64,000 nucleotides of DNA from positions 253,460-317,459 of the forward strand of contig CAWHWM010000004.1 in the NCBI GenBank assembly GCA_963833055.1, given 5' to 3'. A program made the position numbers and the translations under genes. The notes under the pieces are model-generated. The model saw only the letters and a program-made list of their open reading frames with translations, was not told where the DNA came from and ran no database searches. The stretch is from Candidatus Dormiibacterota bacterium. GTDB lineage: Bacteria; Chloroflexota; Dormibacteria; Aeolococcales; Aeolococcaceae. Positions 37,578-46,803 of this stretch are shown piece by piece. The first letter of the stretch is position 1. Each line of letters begins with the position of its first letter.

Positions 37578-39236
37578 GTGAGCGACGTATCCCAGGGTCC
37601 ACTTCACGGACGGCGGTCCACCCGGACGCCGCTCGCTTCGGGCATGCGGCGGTTGTTCGCCCTCCACGAATCCGCAGAGGCTCGCGGGCTACCCGTTGAC
37701 GCCGTGCTCGAGGAACTCGAACAGCGGACGACAGCGAGCCGGCCGCTCACGCGCCGGAAGTTCCTGACCGGCGCAGCGGTTGCGGGGGCTGGTCTTGCTG
37801 TCGGGCCATCGGCGATCCGGGCGATGGCGGCCGCGCGTCCCGCGGCGTCGCGGGGACGGCAGCCACGTATCGCCGTCGTCGGTGCCGGTCTTGCCGGACT
37901 CCGTTGCAGCCACTGGCTCTGGACGCGGCATCGGATCGCATCGACGCTGTACGAGGGACATCCCGAGCGGATCGGCGGCCGCTGCTGGTCGCTGCGTGAC
38001 TACTTCTCCAACGGGCTGATCACCGAGCACGGTGGCGCGTTCATCGATTCCAACCAGTACGCGGCGCTGGATCTGGCGGCGGAGCTCGGTCTGTCCCTCG
38101 AGGACTACAACGGCGGCGAGTTGATCGGGCTGCCGGAGGTGTACTGGTTCAACGGCGGCTACTACACCTACGCGCAGGCCAGCAAGGACTGGGAGGACTT
38201 CGGGTACAAGGCGTTCCACGACGCCGTGAAGGAGTCGAACACCGCGCGCGGGCTCGCCCGTCTCGACAAGCTCTCCGCACCGGAATGGCTTGACCAGACG
38301 CCGATCGGCAGCACCTCGCTGTTCGGCCAGCTGATGATCGCGAACACCGTGTCCGAGAACGGCGGTGATCCCGGCGACCAATCGGCGCTCGACCTCATCT
38401 GGCTCACCGGCGTGAACCCGCGAACGTCACTCGATCCGCTGCCCGGCTACGACGAGAAGTGGCACATCGTCGGCGGCAACGATCAGATGGTGTCGGGGAT
38501 GGCCGCGCAGCTGCCGTCCGGGGCGATTCAGCGCGATCACCGCCTGGTGGCGCTGCGCGAGAACAGCGACGGGTCGCACACGCTCACGTTCGATGCCGGC
38601 GGGACCACCACGGACGTCGTCGCCGACTACGTCGCGCTGGCACTGCCGTTCACGCTGCTGCGCGATGTCGACATCAGCCGCGCGGGCTTCACCGCGGAAA
38701 AAGTCCGGGTCATCGACACGCTCGGCATGGGGTCCAACGCGAAGATCCACCTCGAGGTCGCGGAGAAGACGTGGGCGCGCCACGGGTTCAACGGCGTTGC
38801 GTACACGAGCCATGACAGCTTCGACGTCTGCTGGGACGATTCGGTCCCGCTCGGACCTCACGGCGCCCCTGCGCTGCTCCTCGCGTTTCCTGGTGCCAAC
38901 GCCGGCCGCAACACGCTCACCGGTGATGCGCACGGACCGTCGCCCGTCAAGGACGTGAACTGGTTCCTCGACAGCATCGATCCCATCTTCCCCGGGACAC
39001 GCGCGGCGTTCACCGGAGCGGCATACGAGGATCACTGGGTTCGCGACCCGTGGGTGAAGGGCGCGTACTCGTACTACCGCGTCGGCCAGTACGCGACCTT
39101 CGGAGAGATTGCCGCAGCCCCGCAGGGACGCGTCCATTTCGCGGGTGAGCACACCTCGATCAACAACCAGGGTTTTCTCGACGGCGCCGTCGAGACCGGG
39201 GCGCGAGCGGCGAAGGAGATCTTCGCGCAGCTCTAA
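37578..39236 (+). CDS. Flavin monoamine oxidase family protein with a twin-arginine motif
   Basis: TRRKFL, VGAGLAGL, IGGR, EHGGAFID, HFAGEHTS...GFLDGAVETG. Confidence 0.9.
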   Translation: MSDVSQGPLHGRRSTRTPLASGMRRLFALHESAEARGLPVDAVLEELEQRTTASRPLTRRKFLTGAAVAGAGLAVGPSAIRAMAAARPAASRGRQPRIAVVGAGLAGLRCSHWLWTRHRIASTLYEGHPERIGGRCWSLRDYFSNGLITEHGGAFIDSNQYAALDLAAELGLSLEDYNGGELIGLPEVYWFNGGYYTYAQASKDWEDFGYKAFHDAVKESNTARGLARLDKLSAPEWLDQTPIGSTSLFGQLMIANTVSENGGDPGDQSALDLIWLTGVNPRTSLDPLPGYDEKWHIVGGNDQMVSGMAAQLPSGAIQRDHRLVALRENSDGSHTLTFDAGGTTTDVVADYVALALPFTLLRDVDISRAGFTAEKVRVIDTLGMGSNAKIHLEVAEKTWARHGFNGVAYTSHDSFDVCWDDSVPLGPHGAPALLLAFPGANAGRNTLTGDAHGPSPVKDVNWFLDSIDPIFPGTRAAFTGAAYEDHWVRDPWVKGAYSYYRVGQYATFGEIAAAPQGRVHFAGEHTSINNQGFLDGAVETGARAAKEIFAQL

Positions 39237-39239
39237 CGC

Positions 39240-39812
39240 TCAGCTCGACGGTTGCTTCCCGGAGCCGGCACGCTGCCGGGCTCGGTACGTCCTCGCCTTC
39301 TCACGAGAGCCGCACACGCGCATCGAGCACCAGCAGCTGCGGCCGTTCTTCGAGTGGTCGTAGTACGCCCAGCGGCACGTGTCGCTCCGGCAGACCTTGA
39401 AGCGCTCCCAGGTGCTCATCAGCGTTGCCTCGACGATGGCAGTCGAGATCATCCCGAGGAAGCTGTCGACCCCTTTGCAGTCCACGCCGAGTGTGGCGCC
39501 GTGCGCCGTCAGGATCGGCCGCAGCGGCGCGTGGCCGAGGAGCTTCTGCAATCTCACAGCCACGGCGGGATCGACGTTCTCTCCAGTGTGTGCCTCGAGG
39601 AGATCGCGGAGCGCCTCGCGGGTGGCGACGAGCCGCTCCCGTTCACGTTCCGACACCGTCATGTCGGTGCCGGTGACCTCGCGCAACCAGGCCGACGCCA
39701 GTGGAGGAGTCCGGAGCTCGTCGACGCCGTCCGGCATCTCCGTGCTGTTGATGAACCGCTGCACGAGCGCAAGCGATCCCGGAGCGGGGTCGCGGGCCTC
39801 GGTCGTGCTCAT
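39240..39812 (-). CDS. ABATE domain / CGNR zinc-finger protein
   Basis: LALVQRFINS; C-terminal CRSDTCRWAYYDHSKNGRSCWCSMRVCGSREK. Confidence 0.9.
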   Translation of the reverse strand: MSTTEARDPAPGSLALVQRFINSTEMPDGVDELRTPPLASAWLREVTGTDMTVSERERERLVATREALRDLLEAHTGENVDPAVAVRLQKLLGHAPLRPILTAHGATLGVDCKGVDSFLGMISTAIVEATLMSTWERFKVCRSDTCRWAYYDHSKNGRSCWCSMRVCGSREKARTYRARQRAGSGKQPSS

Positions 39813-39859
39813 CTCAGACGGTCCTATCTGCGTGTCGTCATCGTCACCAGTATAAGCAT

Positions 39860-39888
39860 TTGACAAGTGATGCACGGTGCGGTAAGCT
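39860..39888 (+). promoter_or_regulatory. Sigma70-type promoter
   Basis: TTGACA-17 nt-TAAGCT upstream of the 39931 ORF. Confidence 0.75.
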
Positions 39889-39893
39889 GTCAC

Positions 39894-39919
39894 CAGTAAA
39901 CCAACTTAGACGGTTACTG
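39894..39919. promoter_or_regulatory. Candidate operator palindrome at the expected +1
   Basis: CAGTAAACC-9 nt-GGTTACTG. Confidence 0.55.
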
Positions 39920-39930
39920 AAACGGAGGAC

Positions 39931-40170
39931 ATGACGATGTACGGAGCGCAGCTCGTCGAGATGGCCCAGGTGGCCGAGCAGGAGCACATGCTCGAGAACG
40001 TGATGTCCCGGTCCCGTGCCCAGCAGCGCCGTGTCGCACGGCGTCACCTCGGTCCAGGCAGGGTGTCACGCGCGTGGTCGGCCTTCTGGGCACCCCGCGA
40101 CGTCGTGCTGATCTACCGCCGCGCCGGTGACGGCGCCCCGGCCGACCTGCCCCAGGGCGCGGACTGTTAG
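39931..40170 (+). CDS. 79-aa hypothetical protein
   Basis: GGAGG RBS and a consensus promoter upstream; helical N-half, Arg/Trp-rich C-half. Confidence 0.7.
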   Translation: MTMYGAQLVEMAQVAEQEHMLENVMSRSRAQQRRVARRHLGPGRVSRAWSAFWAPRDVVLIYRRAGDGAPADLPQGADC

Positions 40171-40799
40171 TCCGCGCCTTCGCCATCCTCGTCGGGATGG
40201 TCGAGGACGTTGGCGGCCATCCGACCGGCGATCCCATTCGCCACGGAGATGGCGGCGGCGCTCTCCGGCTTCCGCCTCGCCTGATCCTCGAAGCACTTGA
40301 CGAACTCATCGCGCAGCGTGAGGCGGGGGTAGGCCTCAACGACGTCCCGCCGGAAGGCTTCGGGCCACCACTCGGGGTGCCGTCCTGAGATGTCGAGGCT
40401 CGTGGCAATCGCGAGCAGGTAGCCCTCGGCGTCCTCCTCGAGCTCCGTGCCGCGCATGTGGCGCACGATGATCTCCGCCGCCCTGATGCGGCGAGCGACC
40501 GGCCATCCGGCGCCGGCGGCAAAGACCCACGCGACGTGTCCACCGGCATCCTCGAAGGGCACGGTGTGGCTGTCGAACTCGGCCACCAGACCGATGTCGT
40601 GGAGCATCGACGACACGTAGAGCAGTTCCTCGTCGAAATGGATCTGGTTCTGCGCCGCATACGAGGCGCCCCACACATACGAGCGCACGCAGTGACTCAC
40701 GATCGCTGGCGAGCAGTACGTGCTCGCGACCTCGTATGCAGCATCCGCCGTGCGCGTTCGCGGACGCGGGATTCCGGGGACAAGCTCGTCAGCGAGCAC
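40167..40799 (-). CDS. HD domain protein (cyanamide hydratase-like subfamily)
   Basis: HCVRSY, LHDIG, IVRH, ATSLDISG. Confidence 0.85.
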   Translation of the reverse strand: MLADELVPGIPRPRTRTADAAYEVASTYCSPAIVSHCVRSYVWGASYAAQNQIHFDEELLYVSSMLHDIGLVAEFDSHTVPFEDAGGHVAWVFAAGAGWPVARRIRAAEIIVRHMRGTELEEDAEGYLLAIATSLDISGRHPEWWPEAFRRDVVEAYPRLTLRDEFVKCFEDQARRKPESAAAISVANGIAGRMAANVLDHPDEDGEGAD

Positions 40800-40802
40800 G
40801 GC

Positions 40803-41570
40803 TCAGCTCCACAAGACGTCGGCAAACCGCGCCGGCAGCTCGTCCACATCGACATTCGGCCATGTCCCCGCGGGAAAGAGTCCCCGCTCGAGGTATTGCC
40901 ATGCCGCGGTGTGGTTGGCGCAGCCGGGGAGGTTCGGTCCGAAATGTGGCCGTGCGGATCGGTGTGGATCGCTGCCGGTGTGTTCGGGCTCGCTCGAATA
41001 GAGGAGCGTGCCTCTGACCGCTGCAGCGTTGCTCCCCGCGAGCGAGCAGTACGCGCCGGCGAATGAGCCGTTGATGGGGTTCTCGTAGAAGCCGGGGACG
41101 TATCCGGACCCCTTGAATGCGGCGACATATGCTGCGATGTACGTCGACGTGATCGGGTCGCTCGTCTCGACATCGCGAAAGATCGCCACACCATTGGTCA
41201 CTCCGAGCGACGCTGCCTGCTTGATCGCCTGTTGTGCGTCCGTCGTGCCCGAGGTGAACGCGCGATTCGGGTCATCGATGAGCAGAATCGCGAGCCCCTG
41301 CTGATGAATCCACTGCGCCTCGGTATTCGAGAGCTCGCTGCTGTAGATGAGATATCGCCCCACGAATTGCGGCGCGCCCAGATCGGTCTTCGTCTGTGCG
41401 ATGACGTTGCCGGTCTCGACGTTGTCGACCGTGTCGATGCCCCACCACGCTCCTCCCGAGGTGGCCGCCGGGTGCTGGGGCATGCCGATCGAGGCGTGCG
41501 CGGAGAGCGCATTCAGCAGTGCGGCGCTCGCGAGCGCAACACCTGCCATCCGCACGAAACGATGAGCCAT
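40803..41570 (-). CDS. Secreted DUF1906-family glycoside hydrolase (putative peptidoglycan hydrolase)
   Basis: Signal peptide (AHA), WWGIDT, FVGRYL, AIFRDVE, GYVPGFY, AAWQY. Confidence 0.75.
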   Translation of the reverse strand: MAHRFVRMAGVALASAALLNALSAHASIGMPQHPAATSGGAWWGIDTVDNVETGNVIAQTKTDLGAPQFVGRYLIYSSELSNTEAQWIHQQGLAILLIDDPNRAFTSGTTDAQQAIKQAASLGVTNGVAIFRDVETSDPITSTYIAAYVAAFKGSGYVPGFYENPINGSFAGAYCSLAGSNAAAVRGTLLYSSEPEHTGSDPHRSARPHFGPNLPGCANHTAAWQYLERGLFPAGTWPNVDVDELPARFADVLWS

Positions 41571-41679
41571 CGATCGCCCTCCTCGACGTGGTCCTGCCAC
41601 TGCCCGCCGGAGCAGCCGCGACATGCTAGCAGCGGCGTACCGAGGTCGAGGCGCCGGCCCTCATCGGTAGGATCGCCGA

Positions 41680-42233
41680 GTGACGGCCGAGCATGTGAAC
41701 GTCAGTCTCCGGGCAGCAACCGCGGGAGATGTCGATGCGATCGCGGCGCTGCACGTTGCGAGCTGGCTCGCCGCGTACAGCGGCATCGTCCCGGATGCCT
41801 TCCTGAGCGGTGTCACGCTGGAGAGCAGGGTCGTGCGATGGGGACAAGCGGTGGACCCTTCGGTGTCACCACACACCGAGACCGTCGTCGCTGAGGAGGG
41901 CGGCACTATCCTCGGTGTCTGCAGCTTCGGCCCGCGACGTCAACCCGCCGGAGACGGCGTGGGGGAGGTGTATGCGTTGCACGTGCGGCCCGACGTGCGA
42001 CGCGAGCGGACTTGGAAAGCTGCTGCTGGACCATGCCGTGCGGCGGTTGACCGCTCGCGGGTTTCGTCAGCTGCGTGCTGTGGGTCCTCCGCGACAACGC
42101 GAATGCGCGCCGCTTCTACGAGGCACAGGGCTGGGCGTTCACCGGCGAGGAATTTGTTGAGAACCGCAGTGGCTACGCGATCCCCGAGGTCCGGTATGCG
42201 CGCTCGTCAGATCAGGGAATGCTGGTGTTGTAG
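41680..42233 (+). CDS. GNAT N-acetyltransferase, two +1 frameshifts (about 42005 and 42060)
   Basis: LRAATAGD...EVYALHVRP, then GLGKLLL, then VLWVLRDNANARRFYEAQGW in successive frames. Confidence 0.8.
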
Positions 42234-43048
42234 AACGGGACGCTGCTCACCGGTGCGATGTCGATCCACAGCGTGGTCTGAAAACCACCGCACAGTGAAA
42301 GGGGCGTATCGGTGAGCGTGACACTCGCGCCGTCGTGGGGCGGCGTGATGAGCAACGTCTGCGTGGACGAGCATGGTGTCGGCCCGTTGATGACGTCGGA
42401 CACCTCGTACGCGAAGTAGGCGCTCTGCCCAGGACGGATCGTGATCAGCCGCACGGTCGGCAGCGTGCCGTTGTTGTTGTTCAACATCGGAGCATCGACG
42501 CTGCGCGTGACGCCAAGCTGCACCACCCGGCCGTCGACGACACCTCGCAGGTTCACGTATCCCTCGATCGTGCACGCCACCGTCCCGTCATTGCGCAGCG
42601 CGATGTCGCCACCCGACGATCCGGCGATCCCGTCCTGGTCGTACTGTCGCGCGCTGAGCATTGCGGCGGCACAGGGCTGCAGACCTGCAACCACCGGCGC
42701 CGACTGCGTCGGCACAGGCGATGGGGACGCGGACGGCAATGGCGATGGCGTCGGTGTCGCGATGACTACCGGCGGTACAGAGGTGGCCGGCGCCGGACCA
42801 ACGGTCCTGGCCCCGCGCAGCGCGAGGCTCACACCGAGCGCGCCGCCCACAACGAGCACGACCATCGCGGCCGCGATTGCCGCGCCGGTTCGCGGCCCGA
42901 TGCGAAACGCGAAACGGCCGGATCCCGCTGCACCGGCATCGGACACCGCTGCGAGCACCCGCTGCTCCGCGGCAGGTCCGGGAACTCGCGGGTCGATCTC
43001 GCTGTGCAGGCGGGAGCGCAGCGTCGCTTCGAGTTCTTCGTCGGTCAT
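42212..43048 (-). CDS. Membrane-anchored anti-sigma-like protein with a DUF4232-like extracytoplasmic domain
   Basis: N-terminal helix, one TM, Pro-rich linker, PCAAAML...NDGTVACTIEGY; overlaps the ECF stop. Confidence 0.7.
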   Translation of the reverse strand: MTDEELEATLRSRLHSEIDPRVPGPAAEQRVLAAVSDAGAAGSGRFAFRIGPRTGAAIAAAMVVLVVGGALGVSLALRGARTVGPAPATSVPPVVIATPTPSPLPSASPSPVPTQSAPVVAGLQPCAAAMLSARQYDQDGIAGSSGGDIALRNDGTVACTIEGYVNLRGVVDGRVVQLGVTRSVDAPMLNNNNGTLPTVRLITIRPGQSAYFAYEVSDVINGPTPCSSTQTLLITPPHDGASVTLTDTPLSLCGGFQTTLWIDIAPVSSVPFYNTSIP

Positions 43049-43599
43049 GCGTGTGTCTCCGAAACGGTGAGCGTTGTGGCAAGCGCGGTCAGGCCGCGCC
43101 GCACCCGGGACCGCGCGGCCTCGACGGTGCAGCCGCTGGTTGCGGCAACCTCTTCAAAGGGAAGATCGAGGTAGTAGCGGAGCACCACGGCGAGCCGGAT
43201 GTCGTACGGCAGGCGGCGCAGCGCGGTCGAGACATCGAGCGTTCCGGCGGCGTCCGGCGCAGCGATGGCAGATGTCTCAGGTGTGTCAGCGAAGCGAAGG
43301 ACCGACGACCACCGCGCCCGGCGGGTCTCGCGGCACTGGTTGGCGACGATCGCAAGAAACCATGGGCGGAGCGGTGTTCCCGGGTGGCGGTTGCCTCGCC
43401 GTCTCCATGCGCGCAGCGCTGCCTCCTGCACGGCGTCCTCGGCGTCGGTGCGGTCGAGGCGCATGGCGGTGGCGAGACGCAGCGCCGGGCCGAGCAGCGG
43501 CCGCAATTCGGCCTCAAAGCTCAGGCTCGGTTCGTCAAGATCGTGATCGATCGTTGCAGTTGACCACGACGGGTCGGACTGCGCTGCGACTTGCAACAC
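43045..43599 (-). CDS. ECF RNA polymerase sigma factor
   Basis: DAEDAVQEA, LRPWFLAIVANQCR, LPFEEVA...RSRVRRG; AGGAG RBS. Confidence 0.92.
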   Translation of the reverse strand: MLQVAAQSDPSWSTATIDHDLDEPSLSFEAELRPLLGPALRLATAMRLDRTDAEDAVQEAALRAWRRRGNRHPGTPLRPWFLAIVANQCRETRRARWSSVLRFADTPETSAIAAPDAAGTLDVSTALRRLPYDIRLAVVLRYYLDLPFEEVAATSGCTVEAARSRVRRGLTALATTLTVSETHA

Positions 43600-43642
43600 A
43601 CTCCTGATACGGGCCGCGGGCCTGAAACCGGTCGAATCGCGG

Positions 43643-44830
43643 TCAGGCCGGGCAGAGATCCACGTGTTTCACGGCGAGGATGTCCGCGACGGCGCTGACC
43701 AGCCGGCTTCGATCGAGCGTTCCGGCATCGACTGCGGCGACCAGTGCGTCCGCCGTGGCACTGGTGAGCGCGCCGACCTGCGAGGTCGCAGCCGTGTACA
43801 GGACCATGTCGGCGCCGGCGGTGATCGCTGCCACCACGGCGCGCGGAACGGAGTACCCGATGTCCACGAGCGCGCCGGCGGACAGCGAGTTCGGTGATGA
43901 CCAGTCCGTGAAAGCCGAGCTGACCGCGCAGCACAGTGGTGATGACCTCCGGCGAGATGCTCGCGGGGAGGTTTGTGAGCCCCGGCACCGTTGCGTTGGC
44001 GATCATCACGGCCGGAGCGCCCGCTGCGATGGCTCCCTCGAAGGGGAGCAGTCCAGCCTGCTGGAGACTGCTCCACGGCTGGGTGGTGGCCGGCGCGACG
44101 TCGGTGTTCCCCGATGCCTCGCCAAGCCCTGGGAAGTGCTTCACCACCGGGACGATCCCGCCCGCCTCGAGCCCCTGCAGGAACGCGATGCCGTCAGCAC
44201 TGGCCACCTTGGGATTGAGGCTGAAGGACCTGGTGCCGTCGGGGTCGCGGTTGTTGGGGCCGACGCCGTCGTCGAGGTCCAGGACAGGCGCGAGGTCCAT
44301 GGTCACGCCGGCGGTACGCATGCGCGACGCGACGGCCGTGACGAGGCTCTGGATCTGCGCCGGCGACATCGTCTCGCCCATCGTTCGCGCCGACGGCAGG
44401 GAGCCAACGAGGTTGGCCATGCGCTGGACGGCCCCGCCTTCCTCATCCGTCATCACGAGCGGCGCGATGCCGTTGGGAGCGGCGGCGTCGAGCGCGTGCA
44501 GAGCCCGCTGCGAGATTCGCCGGTGCGGATGAGCCGAAGAGGATCACGCCGCCTGCACCCGCCGCGACCTGCGCGGTGACCGCAGCGACGTCGCTCTCCT
44601 CGACCGGGACCACAAGCGTCTGCTCGGCGAGTTGCGTCAGGCTCCATCCGGCCAGCGCGCTGGTGTTGGTGCACGCTTGCAGGGGTCGCGGTTGGCGTTG
44701 GCGTCGGCGTCGGATCGGCGACGGTCGGGGTTGGGCTCGGGGGAGCGGAGGCCGTGCCGGGAAGCGCGCACGACGCCAGGACGGCGGTTGCCGCCGCGAT
44801 CGCCAGGAGTCCGGGGGTGGTTCGTCGCAT
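43643..44830 (-). CDS. GH3 beta-N-acetylhexosaminidase-like lipoprotein, three +1 frameshifts
   Basis: Lipobox LASC; MTDEEGG, DLAPVLD, VKHFPG, repaired ITDSL, AGADM across frames. Confidence 0.8.
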
Positions 44831-44911
44831 CAAGGGTTATACGGGCGGCGCCGCGATAATCGGCTGAGCGATTGTCTCCGGAATGGCTCGGCTCGGCACG
44901 AGGAGCAATGT

Positions 44912-45736
44912 ATGTCGGACATGCAATTCGGCGTGGTACTCCCTGGCGGGACGGCGACCCAGCAACTCGAGCAGGCGGTCATCGCCGAGCAGAGCGGCTG
45001 GGACGGCGTGTTCGTCTGGGAGGCCGCATACGGTGTTGACGCCTGGTCGCTGCTGGCCGCGATGGCGACGCGAACAACGCGCGTCAAGCTCGGCACGCTG
45101 CTGACGCCGCTGCCCTGGCGCCGCCCCTGGAAGGTGGCGAGCCAGGTCGCCACGCTCGACCAGCTGTCTGCCGGCCGCGCGATCCTCACCGTCGGACTCG
45201 GCGCGATCGAGACCGACCTGCCGATGACCGGCGAGGTCATCGATCTGCCCATGCGTGCCGAATACCTCGATGAGGGGATCGACCTGATCCGGACGCTCTG
45301 GGAGGGCGGGACCAAGTACCACGGGCACCACTATCACTACCAATGCGAGCGCGACGACCTGACCGAGGTCGTGCGCCCGGCACGCGAACGCATTCCGATC
45401 TGGGTCGTCGGCGTGTGGCCGAGGCCGAAGTCGATGCGCCGGGTTCTCCGCTGCGATGGCGTGGTGCCACAGATCGAGATCCCCGGCCGGCCAGGATCGC
45501 CTGACGACATCCGCGAGATGCTGGCGTGGCTCGCGGAGCGAGGTCGCGACGACCTCGATGTTGTCATCGACGGCGAGACCCCGGGCGATCCGGCCGCCGC
45601 GGCTGCTCACGTGCGGCCCTGGGCCGAAGCGGGCGCGACCTGGTGGCTCGAGACTCGCTGGGAGATGCCGCATAACAGCGACGAGCGGATGGACCAGATC
45701 CGGGATCGGCTCGCCTGCGGGCCACCCGCCGGCTGA
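44912..45736 (+). CDS. LLM-class (luciferase-like) flavin-dependent oxidoreductase
   Basis: GWDGVFVWE, VKLGTLLTPLPWRRP, LDQLSAGR, IPIWV; AGGAG RBS. Confidence 0.88.
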   Translation: MSDMQFGVVLPGGTATQQLEQAVIAEQSGWDGVFVWEAAYGVDAWSLLAAMATRTTRVKLGTLLTPLPWRRPWKVASQVATLDQLSAGRAILTVGLGAIETDLPMTGEVIDLPMRAEYLDEGIDLIRTLWEGGTKYHGHHYHYQCERDDLTEVVRPARERIPIWVVGVWPRPKSMRRVLRCDGVVPQIEIPGRPGSPDDIREMLAWLAERGRDDLDVVIDGETPGDPAAAAAHVRPWAEAGATWWLETRWEMPHNSDERMDQIRDRLACGPPAG

Positions 45737-45758
45737 GGTCGCAGGCGACCTCGTCGGG

Positions 45759-46730
45759 TTACGCCTCCGACAGTGCCCCCGCCGGCTGCAATGCCGGCTC
45801 CTCGCCGGATTCGCGGATCGATGCGGGCTGTGCCTGCGACGGCAGTTCGCCTGAGATCTCGCGCAGCGTCCGTCCGCTGAGGCGGATCGACGCCCATGCG
45901 GTACCAAGAACGATGACCGAGGCGAGCAGCACGATGCCGATCGCAAGGGTCGGCACGTTCACGAGCTTGAGCCCGGAGACGAGCAGCACGGCCGCAAGCG
46001 CACCGCGAAGGAACGCGGTCGGCGCGTAGGACGACACACTCGCCCCGATCAGGACCCCGGGGATGCTCCCGATCAGGATCGACAGGGTGAGACCGAGCTT
46101 GAAGTCTCCGAAGATGATGTGCGCGATGGCAGCCGAGCCGACCATCGGGATCGCCTGCGCCAGGTCCGTCCCGACCATCTGCGAACCGCGAAGGCGGGGG
46201 TAGAGGAACAGCAGCAGGATGATCACGAGCGTTCCGGAACCCACCGACGTGATCCCGACGATGAACCCGATCGATGCCCCGATGGCGAGTGTCGGCACCT
46301 TCTTGATGCGCAACTTCTCGTCGACACCACCGGAGGTGCCGTTGCGGTGATCGAGGTACATCTTGGTCAGCAGCGCCAGGACAGCGACCAGGAGCACAGA
46401 GCCGAGTGCCACGCTCACGATGTTCTGCACCTCGGTGGCGCTCCCGATCGACTTCAGGAAGACGACGCCGAGGAAGGCTGACGGGACAGAGCCGAGCGCG
46501 AGCCAGCCGGCGAGGTTCCAACGCACCGTGCCCCGTCCGGCGTGCACGGCTGCGCCGATGGGCTTCATGAACAGCGATGCGACCAGGTCGCTGGAGACGG
46601 CGGCAATCGGCGCGATGCCGAAGAGGAGCACCAGGATCGGTGTCATGAGCGCGCCACCGCCCATCCCGGTGAGTCCCACAGCGAAACCCACGATCAACCC
46701 AGCCAGCGCTACATACAGGTCGATGTGCAC
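45759..46730 (-). CDS. TauE/SafE sulfite exporter family membrane protein
   Basis: GLTGMGGGALMTP, VGITSVGSG, VGTDL. Start GTG 46730 uncertain. Confidence 0.85.
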   Translation of the reverse strand: MHIDLYVALAGLIVGFAVGLTGMGGGALMTPILVLLFGIAPIAAVSSDLVASLFMKPIGAAVHAGRGTVRWNLAGWLALGSVPSAFLGVVFLKSIGSATEVQNIVSVALGSVLLVAVLALLTKMYLDHRNGTSGGVDEKLRIKKVPTLAIGASIGFIVGITSVGSGTLVIILLLFLYPRLRGSQMVGTDLAQAIPMVGSAAIAHIIFGDFKLGLTLSILIGSIPGVLIGASVSSYAPTAFLRGALAAVLLVSGLKLVNVPTLAIGIVLLASVIVLGTAWASIRLSGRTLREISGELPSQAQPASIRESGEEPALQPAGALSEA

Positions 46731-46803
46731 CCCCGTCGCCCCCTTGAATACCCCTGCCGCGTTTGACGCTATTGCACTACTTTGCGGGTTGCGAGACCCC
46801 CCG

